Positions 30,875 through 41,765 of a DNA stretch of 64,000 bases are shown one piece after another. The stretch is from NCBI GenBank assembly GCA_965197745.1, contig CBDANS010000007.1, positions 1,472,001 to 1,536,000 on the forward strand, read 5' to 3'. Position numbers and translations under genes: made by a program. This DNA is from Opitutales bacterium (GTDB lineage Bacteria > Verrucomicrobiota > Verrucomicrobiia > Opitutales > PNEW01). Under the pieces are notes generated by a model. That model was given only the letters and a program-made list of their open reading frames with translations. It made no database searches and was not told the origin of the DNA. Position 1 is the first letter of the stretch, and the number at the start of each line of letters is the position of its first letter.

Positions 30875-33800
30875 ATGACTAAAATTTTGAAATATTGTGG
30901 GCTTCTCTTTCTCACGAGTTGTTGTTTTTTCGGATTTTTGTATTTCTGGAGTGATGTCTTAAAGCCGAAATTGGAGGAGGAACCCATTCACTATAGCCGT
31001 GAAGCCATTGAATACACGGAAAATTTAAGGGATGTCAGTTTCACCGAGGATGACCTTTTCAAAATACAACAGGATGTCGATTACGGTGAGGGAAAGTCAG
31101 GCCCGTGGTACCCTAAAGGCGAGTCGTCCATTCTTGCCGAACTGGTGAATGAGGACAAACTGCCACCGGTAGCTGAGCGTGTGGGATTCGAGCCGGTTGT
31201 GCTTAAAGGAGTGGACAGTATCGGAAGCTATGGCGGCACTTTTTTTCAGGTGGTAGGAGCACCATACCAGGCGAGCTTCAACGGAAGCTTCTATGCAGGA
31301 TCCACGCTTGTTCGCTGGTCTCCACTCGGTTACCCGATCGTGCCTCACATAGCCAAGGGTTGGGAGTCAAGCCCCGACAAGAAGGAATGGACATTTTACC
31401 TGCGAAGAGGCATGAAGTGGTCTGACGGTCACCCTTTTACTGCCGACGATATTCTCTACTGGTGGGATAAAGGTATAGCATATGATTTATACATAGAGCT
31501 TCCGGATTGGATGAAAGTAGGGGGAAAGACAGGAAAGATTGTCAAAATCGATGATTACACGATTAAATTTGTTTTTCCTCAACCCCATGGAGCATTTCTT
31601 GAAGGTCTGGCTGGAGCCATAGATTATTGCTCACCTCGACATTACCTGGAAAAATATCACCCGGTGTTTGGTGATGAAGCCCTCATCGAGGCAACCCTGG
31701 AGGCAAGAAGGTTGCCTTCGCGTAAGAGCCTCTACGCCTTATTGCAACTCTGGAATAACCCCGAACACCCTCGTCTATGGCCCTGGGTCTATCGCACTTT
31801 TAAAGCCAACCCCCCCCAGACTTTTGTTCGCAATCCCTACTACTGGGCTGTCGATACTGAAGGTAATCAGCTCCCCTATATTGACCAATTATTTACCGAA
31901 GTAAAAAACTATAAGCTTATGCCTATAGCCGCGGCTAATGGGACCATCACCTTTAAAATTTTTGGCAGTATGGATTTCAATTATACGCTGCTCATGTCAC
32001 TGCGCGAAACAAACGATTACGAAGTGTATCACTGGTTTCCAGCATCGCGCTCGCGTTACCTCATCCACCCGAATCTTAACCTTTGGGTCGACCCCGATAA
32101 TCCGGTAACCCAAATGAAACATGATCTATTAAATGACAATCGCTTCCGCCAGGCGCTCTCCCTCGCGATCAATCGCCAGCAAATCATCGATATAGTATAC
32201 AACAGGATAGGAGAACCGGCGCAGCTATCACCCGGTAGGGAATCGTATTTCCACCATGAAAAACTGCATAAAAGTTATACCGAGTATGCGCCCGACCGAG
32301 CTAATCAACTGCTCGACGCGATAGGTCTTACCGGACGGGATACCGCTGGCTACCGTACGTTTAAGGACGGTACGCGCATGACCTGGCACTATTCTCTGTC
32401 GCAGGGGGAAGATGAGGGACCGACTGAGCTAGTCATCGAAGACTGGAGCCGTATTGGCATTCGCGCCATTCAGCGTCAGCCGCCGTCTGCTCTCTTTAGA
32501 ATACAACAAACATCGCGCAAAGTGGAATTTTCCATGTGGCCTGGAAACGCAGAATACATTCCTATCGTCGGACCCGAACGTTTTGTGGGCTTATCTAGTC
32601 TACAAGCTCACGGCTATTTTAACTGGTATTTGAGAGGGGGACTTTCAGGCAGTACTGAAGCCACTCAACACGACGGCATCGAGCCCCCGATCGATCATCC
32701 CTTAAGGCGATCGATGGAATTACTCGAAGAAGCTTACGGTGCGACCACCCGCGAAGCGCAACGCGAGATATTTAATAATATATTCGACATCGCTGCAGAA
32801 AATGTCTGGTCGATCAGCATAACCACTTCTCCACCGCATCCGGTCGTAGTTAAAAATGATCTTAAAAATGTTCCTCGTAAGGCAGCCTATAGTGGACGCT
32901 TTCACCCTCCGTCCAACGCGGGTTTGGAAACCTACTACTTCAAAGAACCGTATCATTCACCGGGAACCGTTGCACAGATTAAAAAAGAATTAATCGAAAT
33001 TACACCTGCTCCCTATCATCTGGTTGCCGACAAACACGAATCGAAAAGCATTAAACATCTGATAAAACTAGTGAAGTACTTGTTAATCGGCGTTTTCATC
33101 TGCGGCATGATTATGGTCGGGGTGCGGCATCCCTACATCGGCAGACGGCTGCTCATCATGGGCCCGTCGCTTCTCATCATCTCGGTTATCTCTTTTGTTA
33201 TTATCCAGCTGCCTCCGGGGAATTTCATCGAAACTAAAATTCTGGAGCTGCAGTTAAGGGGCGGTCGCATGGATATCAGTGAAGCTGAAAAGCTGCGCGA
33301 GATCTTTCACCTCGATAAGCCTATCGTCGAACGTTACGCACACTGGCTTGGTCTTTACTGGTTTACTTCCTTTGAAAAAAAATACCAGGGCTTATTGCAG
33401 GGTCACATGGGTTTGTCGATGGAGAACCAGAGTCCGGTCAACGAAGTGGTTGGGGATCGCGTCCTCCTCACATTCCTCATATCGTTAGGGACTATACTCT
33501 TTACCTGGGCGTTAGCTTTACCCATTGGCATTTATTCGGCAGTGCGCCAATACACCTTGGGCGATTATGTATTTACCTTGATAGGTTTTATCGGGATGAG
33601 TGTTCCCAGTTTTCTCCTCGCCTTAATCCTGCTCTATTGGAGCGGTAAATATCTGGGCATTAATATCTCGGGGCTATTTTCACCGGAGTATGCGATCCAA
33701 CCGGGATGGCCGAGAGAAAAAATTCTCGACCTCTTACAGCACATCTGGGTACCCGTTGTCGTCCTCGGTGTCACGGGAACCGCGGGGATGATCCGGGTCA

Positions 33801-34159
33801 TGCGCGGTAACTTGCTCGACGAGTTGAAAAAACCTTATGTCATTACCGCCATGGCCAAGGGGCTGCGACCTTTTAAACTGTTGATAAAATATCCCGTGCG
33901 CTTGGCGCTTAATCCGTTTATTTCCAGTATCGGCGCGATCTTCCCGCAACTGGTTTCAGGTGGTGCTATTGTCGCGATGGTGCTCAGTCTCCCCACGGTG
34001 GGTCCGTTAATGCTCGATGCTCTGCTGAAGGAAGACATGTATTTAGCAGGATCGATGCTCATGGTTCTCAGCTTGCTCGGGGTCCTGGGCACCCTGGTCA
34101 GCGACCTCTTGCTCATGTGGCTGGATCCCCGGATACGAATGGAAGGAGGCAGCCGTTAA
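30875..34159 (+). CDS. ABC family-5 SBP-OppB permease fusion, paralog 2
   Basis: Colinear with and highly similar to 20867-24154 over its full length. Confidence 0.9.
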   Translation: MTKILKYCGLLFLTSCCFFGFLYFWSDVLKPKLEEEPIHYSREAIEYTENLRDVSFTEDDLFKIQQDVDYGEGKSGPWYPKGESSILAELVNEDKLPPVAERVGFEPVVLKGVDSIGSYGGTFFQVVGAPYQASFNGSFYAGSTLVRWSPLGYPIVPHIAKGWESSPDKKEWTFYLRRGMKWSDGHPFTADDILYWWDKGIAYDLYIELPDWMKVGGKTGKIVKIDDYTIKFVFPQPHGAFLEGLAGAIDYCSPRHYLEKYHPVFGDEALIEATLEARRLPSRKSLYALLQLWNNPEHPRLWPWVYRTFKANPPQTFVRNPYYWAVDTEGNQLPYIDQLFTEVKNYKLMPIAAANGTITFKIFGSMDFNYTLLMSLRETNDYEVYHWFPASRSRYLIHPNLNLWVDPDNPVTQMKHDLLNDNRFRQALSLAINRQQIIDIVYNRIGEPAQLSPGRESYFHHEKLHKSYTEYAPDRANQLLDAIGLTGRDTAGYRTFKDGTRMTWHYSLSQGEDEGPTELVIEDWSRIGIRAIQRQPPSALFRIQQTSRKVEFSMWPGNAEYIPIVGPERFVGLSSLQAHGYFNWYLRGGLSGSTEATQHDGIEPPIDHPLRRSMELLEEAYGATTREAQREIFNNIFDIAAENVWSISITTSPPHPVVVKNDLKNVPRKAAYSGRFHPPSNAGLETYYFKEPYHSPGTVAQIKKELIEITPAPYHLVADKHESKSIKHLIKLVKYLLIGVFICGMIMVGVRHPYIGRRLLIMGPSLLIISVISFVIIQLPPGNFIETKILELQLRGGRMDISEAEKLREIFHLDKPIVERYAHWLGLYWFTSFEKKYQGLLQGHMGLSMENQSPVNEVVGDRVLLTFLISLGTILFTWALALPIGIYSAVRQYTLGDYVFTLIGFIGMSVPSFLLALILLYWSGKYLGINISGLFSPEYAIQPGWPREKILDLLQHIWVPVVVLGVTGTAGMIRVMRGNLLDELKKPYVITAMAKGLRPFKLLIKYPVRLALNPFISSIGAIFPQLVSGGAIVAMVLSLPTVGPLMLDALLKEDMYLAGSMLMVLSLLGVLGTLVSDLLLMWLDPRIRMEGGSR

Positions 34160-34311
34160 TATTGGCAGAAGCAGGCACCAGACCCTACCATCATTATCAA
34201 AATAAGAAAGGGGCAGGTTACGCTTAAGCCCGTGTTATGTTTTAAGTGGAAAAGTTCAAGGTTCACGGTTCGGAGGTATCAGTATCCAGTCGCTTTTAAT
34301 ATTACAAAAAA

Positions 34312-34394
34312 GGTGGAACGCGGTGTCCCAACCGCGTTTAGAATTATTAATTATTAATCAACTAAGAAGCGTGCTAGGGACAGCCCGCTCCACC
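34312..34394. repeat. REP-like palindromic element
   Basis: ggtggaacgcggtgtccc...gggacagcccgctccacc lies between convergent genes. Confidence 0.7.
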
Positions 34395-34434
34395 TTAAAA
34401 CCTAACACATAAAACTTAACACTTCTCGAAGAGA

Positions 34435-36693
34435 TCACTCGATCGTGATTTCCTCTGTCGTCACCGTGATCTCATCACCGTCCTCGTTAGCAAAGGTAGC
34501 ATTAATGCTCTGAGTCGGCTGAGGGGTATTGTCCGATTTGAAATTGTTCTGAGAGATCAGGGTATCAAAGCCGGTTGTCGTCGATCCGCTCTCTGCTACC
34601 ACGATTGAAGCTCCGTTCGTCTGTGCCAAGTCGCCTCCAGTGATCCGCAATCCTGGGTTGCCCGCGGCCACCGTAAAGGAACCTGTCCCAAATAGTAAAT
34701 GCGGTACCGCATCACCACTGGCGTCGATGCCACCTACAGTTAAGCGCACCGCGATCGGCACCCCGCGCGCATCGAAGCCGACCTTCCCCGTGCTACCACT
34801 GAACACGGCATTCGATAACTGTACTCCTCCCAGTCCCGTGGAGTTGACTACTTCCACGAGGGCCACGTCAGCCTGGGCGTCATAGACCTGTCCCACGGGG
34901 AACAGTGCCTGGTTAAAGGCGTTGATCTTGCCCACGGTGAAGATGCTGAAGAAGGTATTGGAGTCCGCTCCGTCGATGACCACGCTCGGTTTGCCCGTCA
35001 CGTACTCCACGGCCTGGTTGTAGCGCGGGGGGACGGCCGGAGGCAGGAAGGTGGCCGGGTCGAGGGATACGGTAAAGGTACCGTTACCTGAGAACTCTAC
35101 CTGTACAATGTCCTCGTTTTCGTCCATGAAGGAAACGCGGGTGATCTGTCCCGGTTTGGCCTGGAGTTGGACGGACTCTCCGGTGAGTAATATCTGGTCG
35201 AAGACGTTGCCGTTGGCATGCTGAATGTCTTCACCCGCGATATCCCCCGAGCCGTCGAGGACGAGAGGGACGGAAGGTGCCGCTACGGTGATGACCGCGG
35301 TATCGCTGTCAGCGCTTCCACCAGCGTTAGTTATCTGTGACCAGTAGTTAGTGCTCGCAGTGAGGGCACCGGTAGTTAAGGTACTTCCGGTCGCCCCGGC
35401 GACAGGACTGGCTGTGTCACCGCTGTTGCCGGTGTACCACTGGTAGGTGAGATCATCACCGCTGGCGGCGACGGACAAGCTCACCGAAGCCCCGGATGCA
35501 ACTACCTGGCTCGCCGGCTGGGTGATGATGGTGGGGCCTTGCGCAGGGGGCGGTCCGTCCGTGCCGCTCCCCGGGGCACCGATCGGGGTAAATCCGAAAT
35601 CGTCGATACCGTTACGTGTAAATACACCTTGGTTCACATCTTCATCATCACTATAAACAATCTTCCCAATGCCTCCGGGTGCTCCCAATTCATCTGCATT
35701 AAAGGTAAGAAAAAAGGGTTTAAAAACCGGATCAACAGACGTCTCCAATTCTGTTACAGTCACGAGCAGGTTATCATTAGTATCGAAGACTTCAATTGAG
35801 CAATCGATTTCTCCTGTCTGCCCCAATACACTTTCACAATTTGCATAAAAATCCACCTCATAAGCGGGAGTTTCAAAGGTGATTGTGAATTCTCCCCCTC
35901 CAGCCTCTACAATAAAAGATTGGTTAACAGAATGATTTGATGCGCCGCCGCCACTCGCTCTAATCCCCCCTCCACTACCACCAGTACTGGTAAAAGTAGC
36001 GGTGTAGGGAGAAGTCCCAATAGAAATAGGTTCCAGTCTACCATCACCTACTCCAAATCCTTCATTCGACTCAAACCGGGTATAGACCGTATTATTGACA
36101 GGCTTATCCGTGGGCGTGTAGCCAAGATCATCAATGGAAAATATACCTGTAACATTGAAAATTCTTACTTCTTTTATACCTTCAAGGAATTCCAGATCCG
36201 TGGCATCAAGAAAAATGCCGCTGTCAGCGACAAAGCTTTGCAAGGCAGGGTTGGCTTCTGGGCTGATGTTAGCCGGCAGTCCTACAACTTCGCCATTATC
36301 TCCTATCACGATTATAACTTCACGATTAAAGCTACCAGGTATATCCGGCGAGTTTATATCTCCTCTGACCTCGATTTTGCCACTCCCTGTTGATTCGGTT
36401 GCGTAAAATTCTAAGGTATTAAACCCCGCGCGGCTACTTATAATTTTCCCTTCCTGACCGGGTCCAAGGGTTAAAGCTTTCGTTCCTGAGTGTAATAGCG
36501 CCGGATCTTCTAAAGTCTCTATGGTGAAGCCAATGAACTGGATATCATTCGGCGGTTCACCGAGTCTAAAATCTCCCGATCCTTCGGCATCTTCAAAATC
36601 GAGAAATACTTCCTGGTCTTGAGGAAGAGCTCGAAGAAGAAGAGAAAAAAACAGTGAGATCAGCAATACAGATATAATTTTCTTTAAACTCAT
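34435..36693 (-). CDS. Secreted Ig-domain surface protein, copy 4
   Basis: Same architecture; the start of domain 1 resembles copy 3 and domain 2 resembles copy 1. Confidence 0.88.
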   Translation of the reverse strand: MSLKKIISVLLISLFFSLLLRALPQDQEVFLDFEDAEGSGDFRLGEPPNDIQFIGFTIETLEDPALLHSGTKALTLGPGQEGKIISSRAGFNTLEFYATESTGSGKIEVRGDINSPDIPGSFNREVIIVIGDNGEVVGLPANISPEANPALQSFVADSGIFLDATDLEFLEGIKEVRIFNVTGIFSIDDLGYTPTDKPVNNTVYTRFESNEGFGVGDGRLEPISIGTSPYTATFTSTGGSGGGIRASGGGASNHSVNQSFIVEAGGGEFTITFETPAYEVDFYANCESVLGQTGEIDCSIEVFDTNDNLLVTVTELETSVDPVFKPFFLTFNADELGAPGGIGKIVYSDDEDVNQGVFTRNGIDDFGFTPIGAPGSGTDGPPPAQGPTIITQPASQVVASGASVSLSVAASGDDLTYQWYTGNSGDTASPVAGATGSTLTTGALTASTNYWSQITNAGGSADSDTAVITVAAPSVPLVLDGSGDIAGEDIQHANGNVFDQILLTGESVQLQAKPGQITRVSFMDENEDIVQVEFSGNGTFTVSLDPATFLPPAVPPRYNQAVEYVTGKPSVVIDGADSNTFFSIFTVGKINAFNQALFPVGQVYDAQADVALVEVVNSTGLGGVQLSNAVFSGSTGKVGFDARGVPIAVRLTVGGIDASGDAVPHLLFGTGSFTVAAGNPGLRITGGDLAQTNGASIVVAESGSTTTGFDTLISQNNFKSDNTPQPTQSINATFANEDGDEITVTTEEITIE

Positions 36694-36832
36694 ATTAACC
36701 CTTTTTATATAGATTGTACCCTAAACCTGGGCTATTACGACTGCTCTTATTTGACTCGTACCGGTAAATGATGCAAATAATATATTATATCCTGTCGAGT
36801 CAGGTCTATACAGCCTAAGCCTAAATAGCATT

Positions 36833-38857
36833 ATGAAGGTAAGCGATTTCAGGATGCCGATCATAATATTATTGACGGCAATCATATATGCAGCATGGGG
36901 CTGCAGTAGGAACGATGACCCCCAATCAAAAGGGGAATTGGATGCCCCGGAACGAGCCGCGGTCAACACGGAAGGATTCAGTTTTATTTACAAGGGGCCG
37001 ATCCCAACCACATTCAGTGAAGCCCCGGAACTGGTGAAACGCGTTACCGCGGGGGAGTTGCCTCCGGTTGAAGATCGTTTACCGGAGGAGCCATTGATTA
37101 TTCCGCCCATCGAACGTATCGGCCGATACGGTGGTACCTGGCGCCGCGGGTTTAAGGGGCTTGATACTAACAATGTCGACCGGTTAATACATGATCATGT
37201 AATTTACTATGATATCGACGGATACACGCTGGTCCCTCACATCGCGAAATCATGGGAAATCAGCGAAGATGGGACAACATTCACATTCCATCTGCGTCCG
37301 GGCATGAAGTGGTCGGATGGTGCCCGGTTCACCGCCGATGACTTTGTCTTTGCCTTCGAAGAAGTAATATTGAATGATGATATCAACATAGTTAAATCCA
37401 ATTACTATAAAGCGGATGGGCAACTGTGCAAAGTAGAACAGTTAGATGAGACCTCTGTTCGCTATACCTTTCATAAACCCAATTATGTGTTCATCGAGAA
37501 TGTTGGAGGTTTAGCCGTTGGTGGCCAGTTCGTTAACGGGGGAGCGAACCCTCCCTACGCACCCCGGCATTATTTAAAGCAGTTTCTCCCGAAGTATGCT
37601 CACTTAAGTGACCTGAAAAGTAAAATGAAAGCAAAAGGGTTAAGTAGTTGGGTGCAACTCTTCAAACACATGGCTTCGCCCCACCGGAACCCGGAGTTAC
37701 CGGTGGTCGGTGCCTGGAAATTGGTGACTCCGATAACCAGTGAAATATACTCCTTGGAACGCAATCCCTATTACTTTGCTGTCGATCCCGAGGGGAACCA
37801 GCTTCCCTATATCGACAAGATTCTACTGCGCCGGTTCGAGGACGCGGAAGTGTTTAATGCACGCGTCATAGCAGGTGAAGTGGATATGCAACATCGTCAT
37901 ATCCTTTTAGACAAAGTCCCTGTTCTCAAGCGGGAAGCAGACAAGGGTAACTACCGTATTCTTATCTGGCCTAATTCAGGGGGATCAGACGCCGTGATCA
38001 TTAACAATCAGACCTGGCAGGGAGACCCGGAAATAGAAAAGTGGCTGAGAAGCCGCAATTTTCGGATCGCCCTATCGCTGGCCATCGACCGGGAGGAGAT
38101 CAACGAATTAATTTTTCTGGGCATGGGCAAGCCAAGAGCTTACGTGGCTTTGTCCGATAATCCATATTATCCCGGACCTGAATATGAAAAAAAATACGCG
38201 GTGCGTGATCTCGATAAAGCCAATGAGATCCTCGATATATCAGGCCTCGATAGAAGGGACCGCGAAGGGTACCGATTGCGGACTGACAATAATGAACGGC
38301 TTATTATTACGCTCTCCATAAAGAGGCAGGCGATGGTAAATTTTGAAGGTATCGCTGAGCTTCTCGTCAATCACTGGAATGATGTCGGCCTGAAAATACA
38401 TTTAAGCGTTGAAGGAGAAAGTTACTATGCGATACGCAATAGAAACAACGAACACCAAATTAATATGTGGGTTACCAGCGGTTCTGAAAATCCGTGGATA
38501 TCCGGTACCTTGACCTGTCCCATTGCTACCAGTGGTTTCGCGCCCCTTATCGGCACCTGGTATTTAACTAACGGTCAAAAGGGTGTAGCCCCTGCCGGTG
38601 ATCTCAAACGGTTGCTGGAAATTTATGAGAAAGGAAATAAGCTCCCCCGGAATTTGCGGACGGAACTGGGAAAAGAATTATGGAGAATTCATAGTGATAA
38701 TCTGTATATGATTGGCACTGTTGGACAATCACCCGCCGTGTACGGCGTTGTCGTGGTGAAAAATAATTTTCGTAATGTTCCCGCCGTTGCGCCCAACAGC
38801 TCAGCACTGCAAACCCCGGGCATAGCCCGAACGGAACAATTCTTTTTTGAAAACTAG
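36833..38857 (+). CDS. ABC transporter family-5 solute-binding lipoprotein
   Basis: Lipobox-like AAWGC, LPPVEDRLP, LRPGMKWSDGARFTADD and ERNPYYFAVDPEGNQLPYID. Confidence 0.9.
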   Translation: MKVSDFRMPIIILLTAIIYAAWGCSRNDDPQSKGELDAPERAAVNTEGFSFIYKGPIPTTFSEAPELVKRVTAGELPPVEDRLPEEPLIIPPIERIGRYGGTWRRGFKGLDTNNVDRLIHDHVIYYDIDGYTLVPHIAKSWEISEDGTTFTFHLRPGMKWSDGARFTADDFVFAFEEVILNDDINIVKSNYYKADGQLCKVEQLDETSVRYTFHKPNYVFIENVGGLAVGGQFVNGGANPPYAPRHYLKQFLPKYAHLSDLKSKMKAKGLSSWVQLFKHMASPHRNPELPVVGAWKLVTPITSEIYSLERNPYYFAVDPEGNQLPYIDKILLRRFEDAEVFNARVIAGEVDMQHRHILLDKVPVLKREADKGNYRILIWPNSGGSDAVIINNQTWQGDPEIEKWLRSRNFRIALSLAIDREEINELIFLGMGKPRAYVALSDNPYYPGPEYEKKYAVRDLDKANEILDISGLDRRDREGYRLRTDNNERLIITLSIKRQAMVNFEGIAELLVNHWNDVGLKIHLSVEGESYYAIRNRNNEHQINMWVTSGSENPWISGTLTCPIATSGFAPLIGTWYLTNGQKGVAPAGDLKRLLEIYEKGNKLPRNLRTELGKELWRIHSDNLYMIGTVGQSPAVYGVVVVKNNFRNVPAVAPNSSALQTPGIARTEQFFFEN

Positions 38858-38867
38858 CAATGGAGTA

Positions 38868-38927
38868 ATCGAACAGAGCGCACCAGCGGACGCGGACAAG
38901 CCGCACCACTGAGCCTTGACGTTCTGC
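38868..38927 (+). mobile_element. Solitary integron attC-like site
   Basis: atcGAAC-agagc-GCACCAGC-ggacgcggacaagccgcacc-ACTGAGC-cttgac-GTTCtgc shows the R''-L''-stem-L'-R' layout, 10 nt after a stop codon. Confidence 0.5.
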
Positions 38928-38956
38928 GGAAATAAAATCACAAGAGAATAGAAAAA

Positions 38957-40000
38957 ATGCGATTCATTCAAATTGGTGTAGGTGGATTTGGCAAAGGGTG
39001 GGTACAACGGCTGACAAATAATTCATCTGTCGAAGTCGTTGCGCTGGTAGATGTGAATCAGACTGCCCTGACGGCTGCCCGCAAAGTTGGGAATTACGGA
39101 AAAGATATTTGCTTCTCAAAACTGAACGAAGCGTTGAAGAAGGTCAAAGCGGATGCCCTCGTATGCGTTACTCCACCTGAGTATCACAAGCAGTGTGTGG
39201 TCCAGGCCATGAAGGCGGGTCTTGACGTGATTACCGAGAAACCGATGGCCGATAATCTTGCCAGTTGCATGTCAATCCTGAGAGCATCACGAAATACCGG
39301 ACAGACATGTGTTGTCAGCCAGAATTATCGCTATAGACCGGAAACATGGACACTCGCTCGTCTGGTCGAAAGTGGACGTATTGGCGATATCGGCCAGGTT
39401 AAGATAGATTTCTATATGGGCCATGATTTTGGCGGTGGATTCCGTCATGAAATGAGAGATCCTCTCCTAATTGATATGGCGATACATCATTTTGACCTCG
39501 TTCGCTTTGTTACCGGTCTCAATGCCATGTCTGTCCGAGGTGAAACCTGGAATCCTGCATGGTCAAACTACAAAGGTGACAGTTCGTCTTCGCTGGTGTT
39601 TGAGATGGAGAATAATGTACGTGTCGTCTACAACGCGAGCTGGTCTTCTAAGGGTCAATTCTGTAGCGCGGATGGCAACTGGCTGATTGAGGGTAGTAAG
39701 GGGTCCATTTCATATGAGAATGGAAAGATTTCTCTCAGGAAGGTGCCCAAGCTTTACAAGGTTAATAGGACAGATACGTTTCGGGCAAAAGGACCGGAAA
39801 ACACCATGCAGGATTTTGTTCTTAACGACTTTATTTTTTCAGTAAAAAGCGGTAAACGACCGCAAACAGATGTATATGACAACATACACAGCGTTGCCAT
39901 GGTTTTCGCGGCAGTCAAAGCGGTCAGAACCGGTAAACGAGTTCCTGTTCTGGACAAACGTGTGCAGCAGTTGAATGTAGATGTATGGGAAGAAGCTTAA
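38957..40000 (+). CDS. Gfo/Idh/MocA family oxidoreductase
   Basis: IQIGVGGFG Rossmann motif, VTPPEYH, VITEKPMA and DMAIHHFD. Confidence 0.9.
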   Translation: MRFIQIGVGGFGKGWVQRLTNNSSVEVVALVDVNQTALTAARKVGNYGKDICFSKLNEALKKVKADALVCVTPPEYHKQCVVQAMKAGLDVITEKPMADNLASCMSILRASRNTGQTCVVSQNYRYRPETWTLARLVESGRIGDIGQVKIDFYMGHDFGGGFRHEMRDPLLIDMAIHHFDLVRFVTGLNAMSVRGETWNPAWSNYKGDSSSSLVFEMENNVRVVYNASWSSKGQFCSADGNWLIEGSKGSISYENGKISLRKVPKLYKVNRTDTFRAKGPENTMQDFVLNDFIFSVKSGKRPQTDVYDNIHSVAMVFAAVKAVRTGKRVPVLDKRVQQLNVDVWEEA

Positions 40001-40150
40001 GATCCCCGGGAGTTAAGAAAGGGAAAGGTATAAACCTGAACGGGTTGGGTATTCTCAATAAGTCATATGGAATTACCCACCACTTTTATTTACCCCAAGG
40101 CTAGAAGCTTGACAGATATTTAGGAAGCTCGTCAACTTCATGATACCAAG

Positions 40151-41026
40151 ATGATCACCCATTCCCCGAACAGGGAACCTTTGTCCATGAAGACATCTGA
40201 CAGAGAAAAATACCAGGTGAGTCTTGACGAGCGACATTTTTTCGGCCGCAACGGCTATCTCAAGGTCGAAGGTCTGCTTTCCAACTCGGAGTTGCGGGAA
40301 CTTGATGCACACTCCATGAACCTGCTTCACAACAAAGTGGATCTGAGCCAAATCAAAGGACTGGATCCGAGAAACGACGGCACCACACCGGCCGATATGG
40401 AAGAAAAATATTTCCGCTTCTTTCAGTTCCACCGTCACCTCGAAATCCATGAGCGCTTCATGCTCCACCCCCGTGTCCTCGATGTCCTGGAAGCCCTCAT
40501 CGGCCCCGACTTGATGGCCATGCAGTCGATGCTGTTCTTCAAGCCGCCGGGCCACCCCGGGCAGGCCTTTCACCAGGATTCATGCTTTATTACCTCTGCG
40601 CCCGATACCCTCTGCGGCACCTGGATCGCGATCGATGATTGCGACGAGGAAAACGGCTGCATGTCATTTATCCCCGGCTCTAATTTCGACCCTATCTATG
40701 AAAATACAACCCTGCCTGAAAACACCGAAGATTTTCATGCCCAACTTTTCGAACTCGCGGGTGTGGACCAAAGCAAGGAAATTCTGGCCGAAGCCAAGGG
40801 TGGGGATGTGATTTTCTTCCACGGCCACCTCATCCACCGTTCACACCGAAACCGCAGTAAGAATCGTTACCGGCGCGCTTTTGTGAGTCACTACGCCAAC
40901 GCCCGCTCATATACCGAATGGAGCGGCGGTAATGCCAACCAAATCCTCGTCCGAGGCGCCACCCACCTGCCCTTTGCCCGAGCCCGTTTCATCGCGCACG
41001 AACCCGAATCCATCGAAAAGGAGTAA
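40151..41026 (+). CDS. PhyH family dioxygenase
   Basis: FFKPPG..GQAFHQD, WIAIDD....NGC..FIPGS and GDVIFFHGHLIHRS. The start may be a downstream ATG. Confidence 0.88.
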   Translation: MITHSPNREPLSMKTSDREKYQVSLDERHFFGRNGYLKVEGLLSNSELRELDAHSMNLLHNKVDLSQIKGLDPRNDGTTPADMEEKYFRFFQFHRHLEIHERFMLHPRVLDVLEALIGPDLMAMQSMLFFKPPGHPGQAFHQDSCFITSAPDTLCGTWIAIDDCDEENGCMSFIPGSNFDPIYENTTLPENTEDFHAQLFELAGVDQSKEILAEAKGGDVIFFHGHLIHRSHRNRSKNRYRRAFVSHYANARSYTEWSGGNANQILVRGATHLPFARARFIAHEPESIEKE

Positions 41027-41029
41027 TTC

Positions 41030-41263
41030 ATGTCACACATCAAAGTTCCGGCTATTTTCCTGGCCCAGTTTATGCGGGACGATGAACCCTACAACACCAT
41101 CGACAATATCGACTGGTGGGTCGCAGGTCTGGGATACAAGGGGGTGCAGATCCCGGCCTGGGACGAGCGCGCCATCGACCTGGACAAAGCCGCGGAATCC
41201 AAAACCTACTGTAATGAATACAGGGGCAAGCTCCAGGAGATGGGTCTCGAACCCGCCTTGTAA
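41030..41263 (+). pseudogene. Sugar-phosphate isomerase/epimerase (xylose-isomerase-like TIM barrel) N-terminal fragment
   Basis: PAIFLAQF...LGYKGVQIPAWD...IDLDKAAES..YC is only 77 aa, far too short for a TIM barrel. Confidence 0.7.
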
Positions 41264-41417
41264 CCTTATTAACTGTTTGATTTTTAAGCGGTAATAAAAG
41301 GCATCTGGCTGTAAAAGAAGGACTTGGACGCGCAATCGTCCATTGCTTTAAATATTAGAAAAAGCGATCAAGCAGTAACTAGAGGTAAGTAATGGCAATA
41401 AATCTGATACAATTAAT

Positions 41418-41500
41418 GGGGGCGGGGGCGGTAAAAAAACATACCCTTAATCAATCGATAATCCATTAACCCGTATGCGGCGGAGGTGTTTTTTCCCAGA
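41418..41500 (+). repeat. G-rich motif family copy
   Basis: gggggcgggggcggtaaaaaaacataccc...caatcgataatccattaacccgtatgcggcggagg. Confidence 0.75.
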
Positions 41501-41602
41501 GAGGATTTAATAGTTAACCAATCACAGGATAGTAATCTCAAGCGCTGAGGAGCGCTGACGACGTTTTTATGAATGAGGGGATAACTGGCATACCCCTTGA
41601 AG

Positions 41603-41765
41603 GATCATTCGATCGTTTCCTCATTCACGGTTACCGCAATCTCATCACCATCTTCGTTTGCGAAGATTGCTTCGACAGTCTGCGTCGGTTGTGGAGTGTT
41701 GTCGGACTTGAAGTTGTTCTGGGAGATCAAGGTTTCAATTCCTTTCGTTGTCAGTCCACTCTCTA
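41603..41765 (-). pseudogene. Orphan 3' remnant of the Ig-domain surface protein family (remnant C)
   Basis: ESGLTTKGIETLISQNNFKSDNTPQPTQTVEAIFANEDGDEIAVTVNEETIE* followed by tccttcaaggggtat. Confidence 0.85.
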
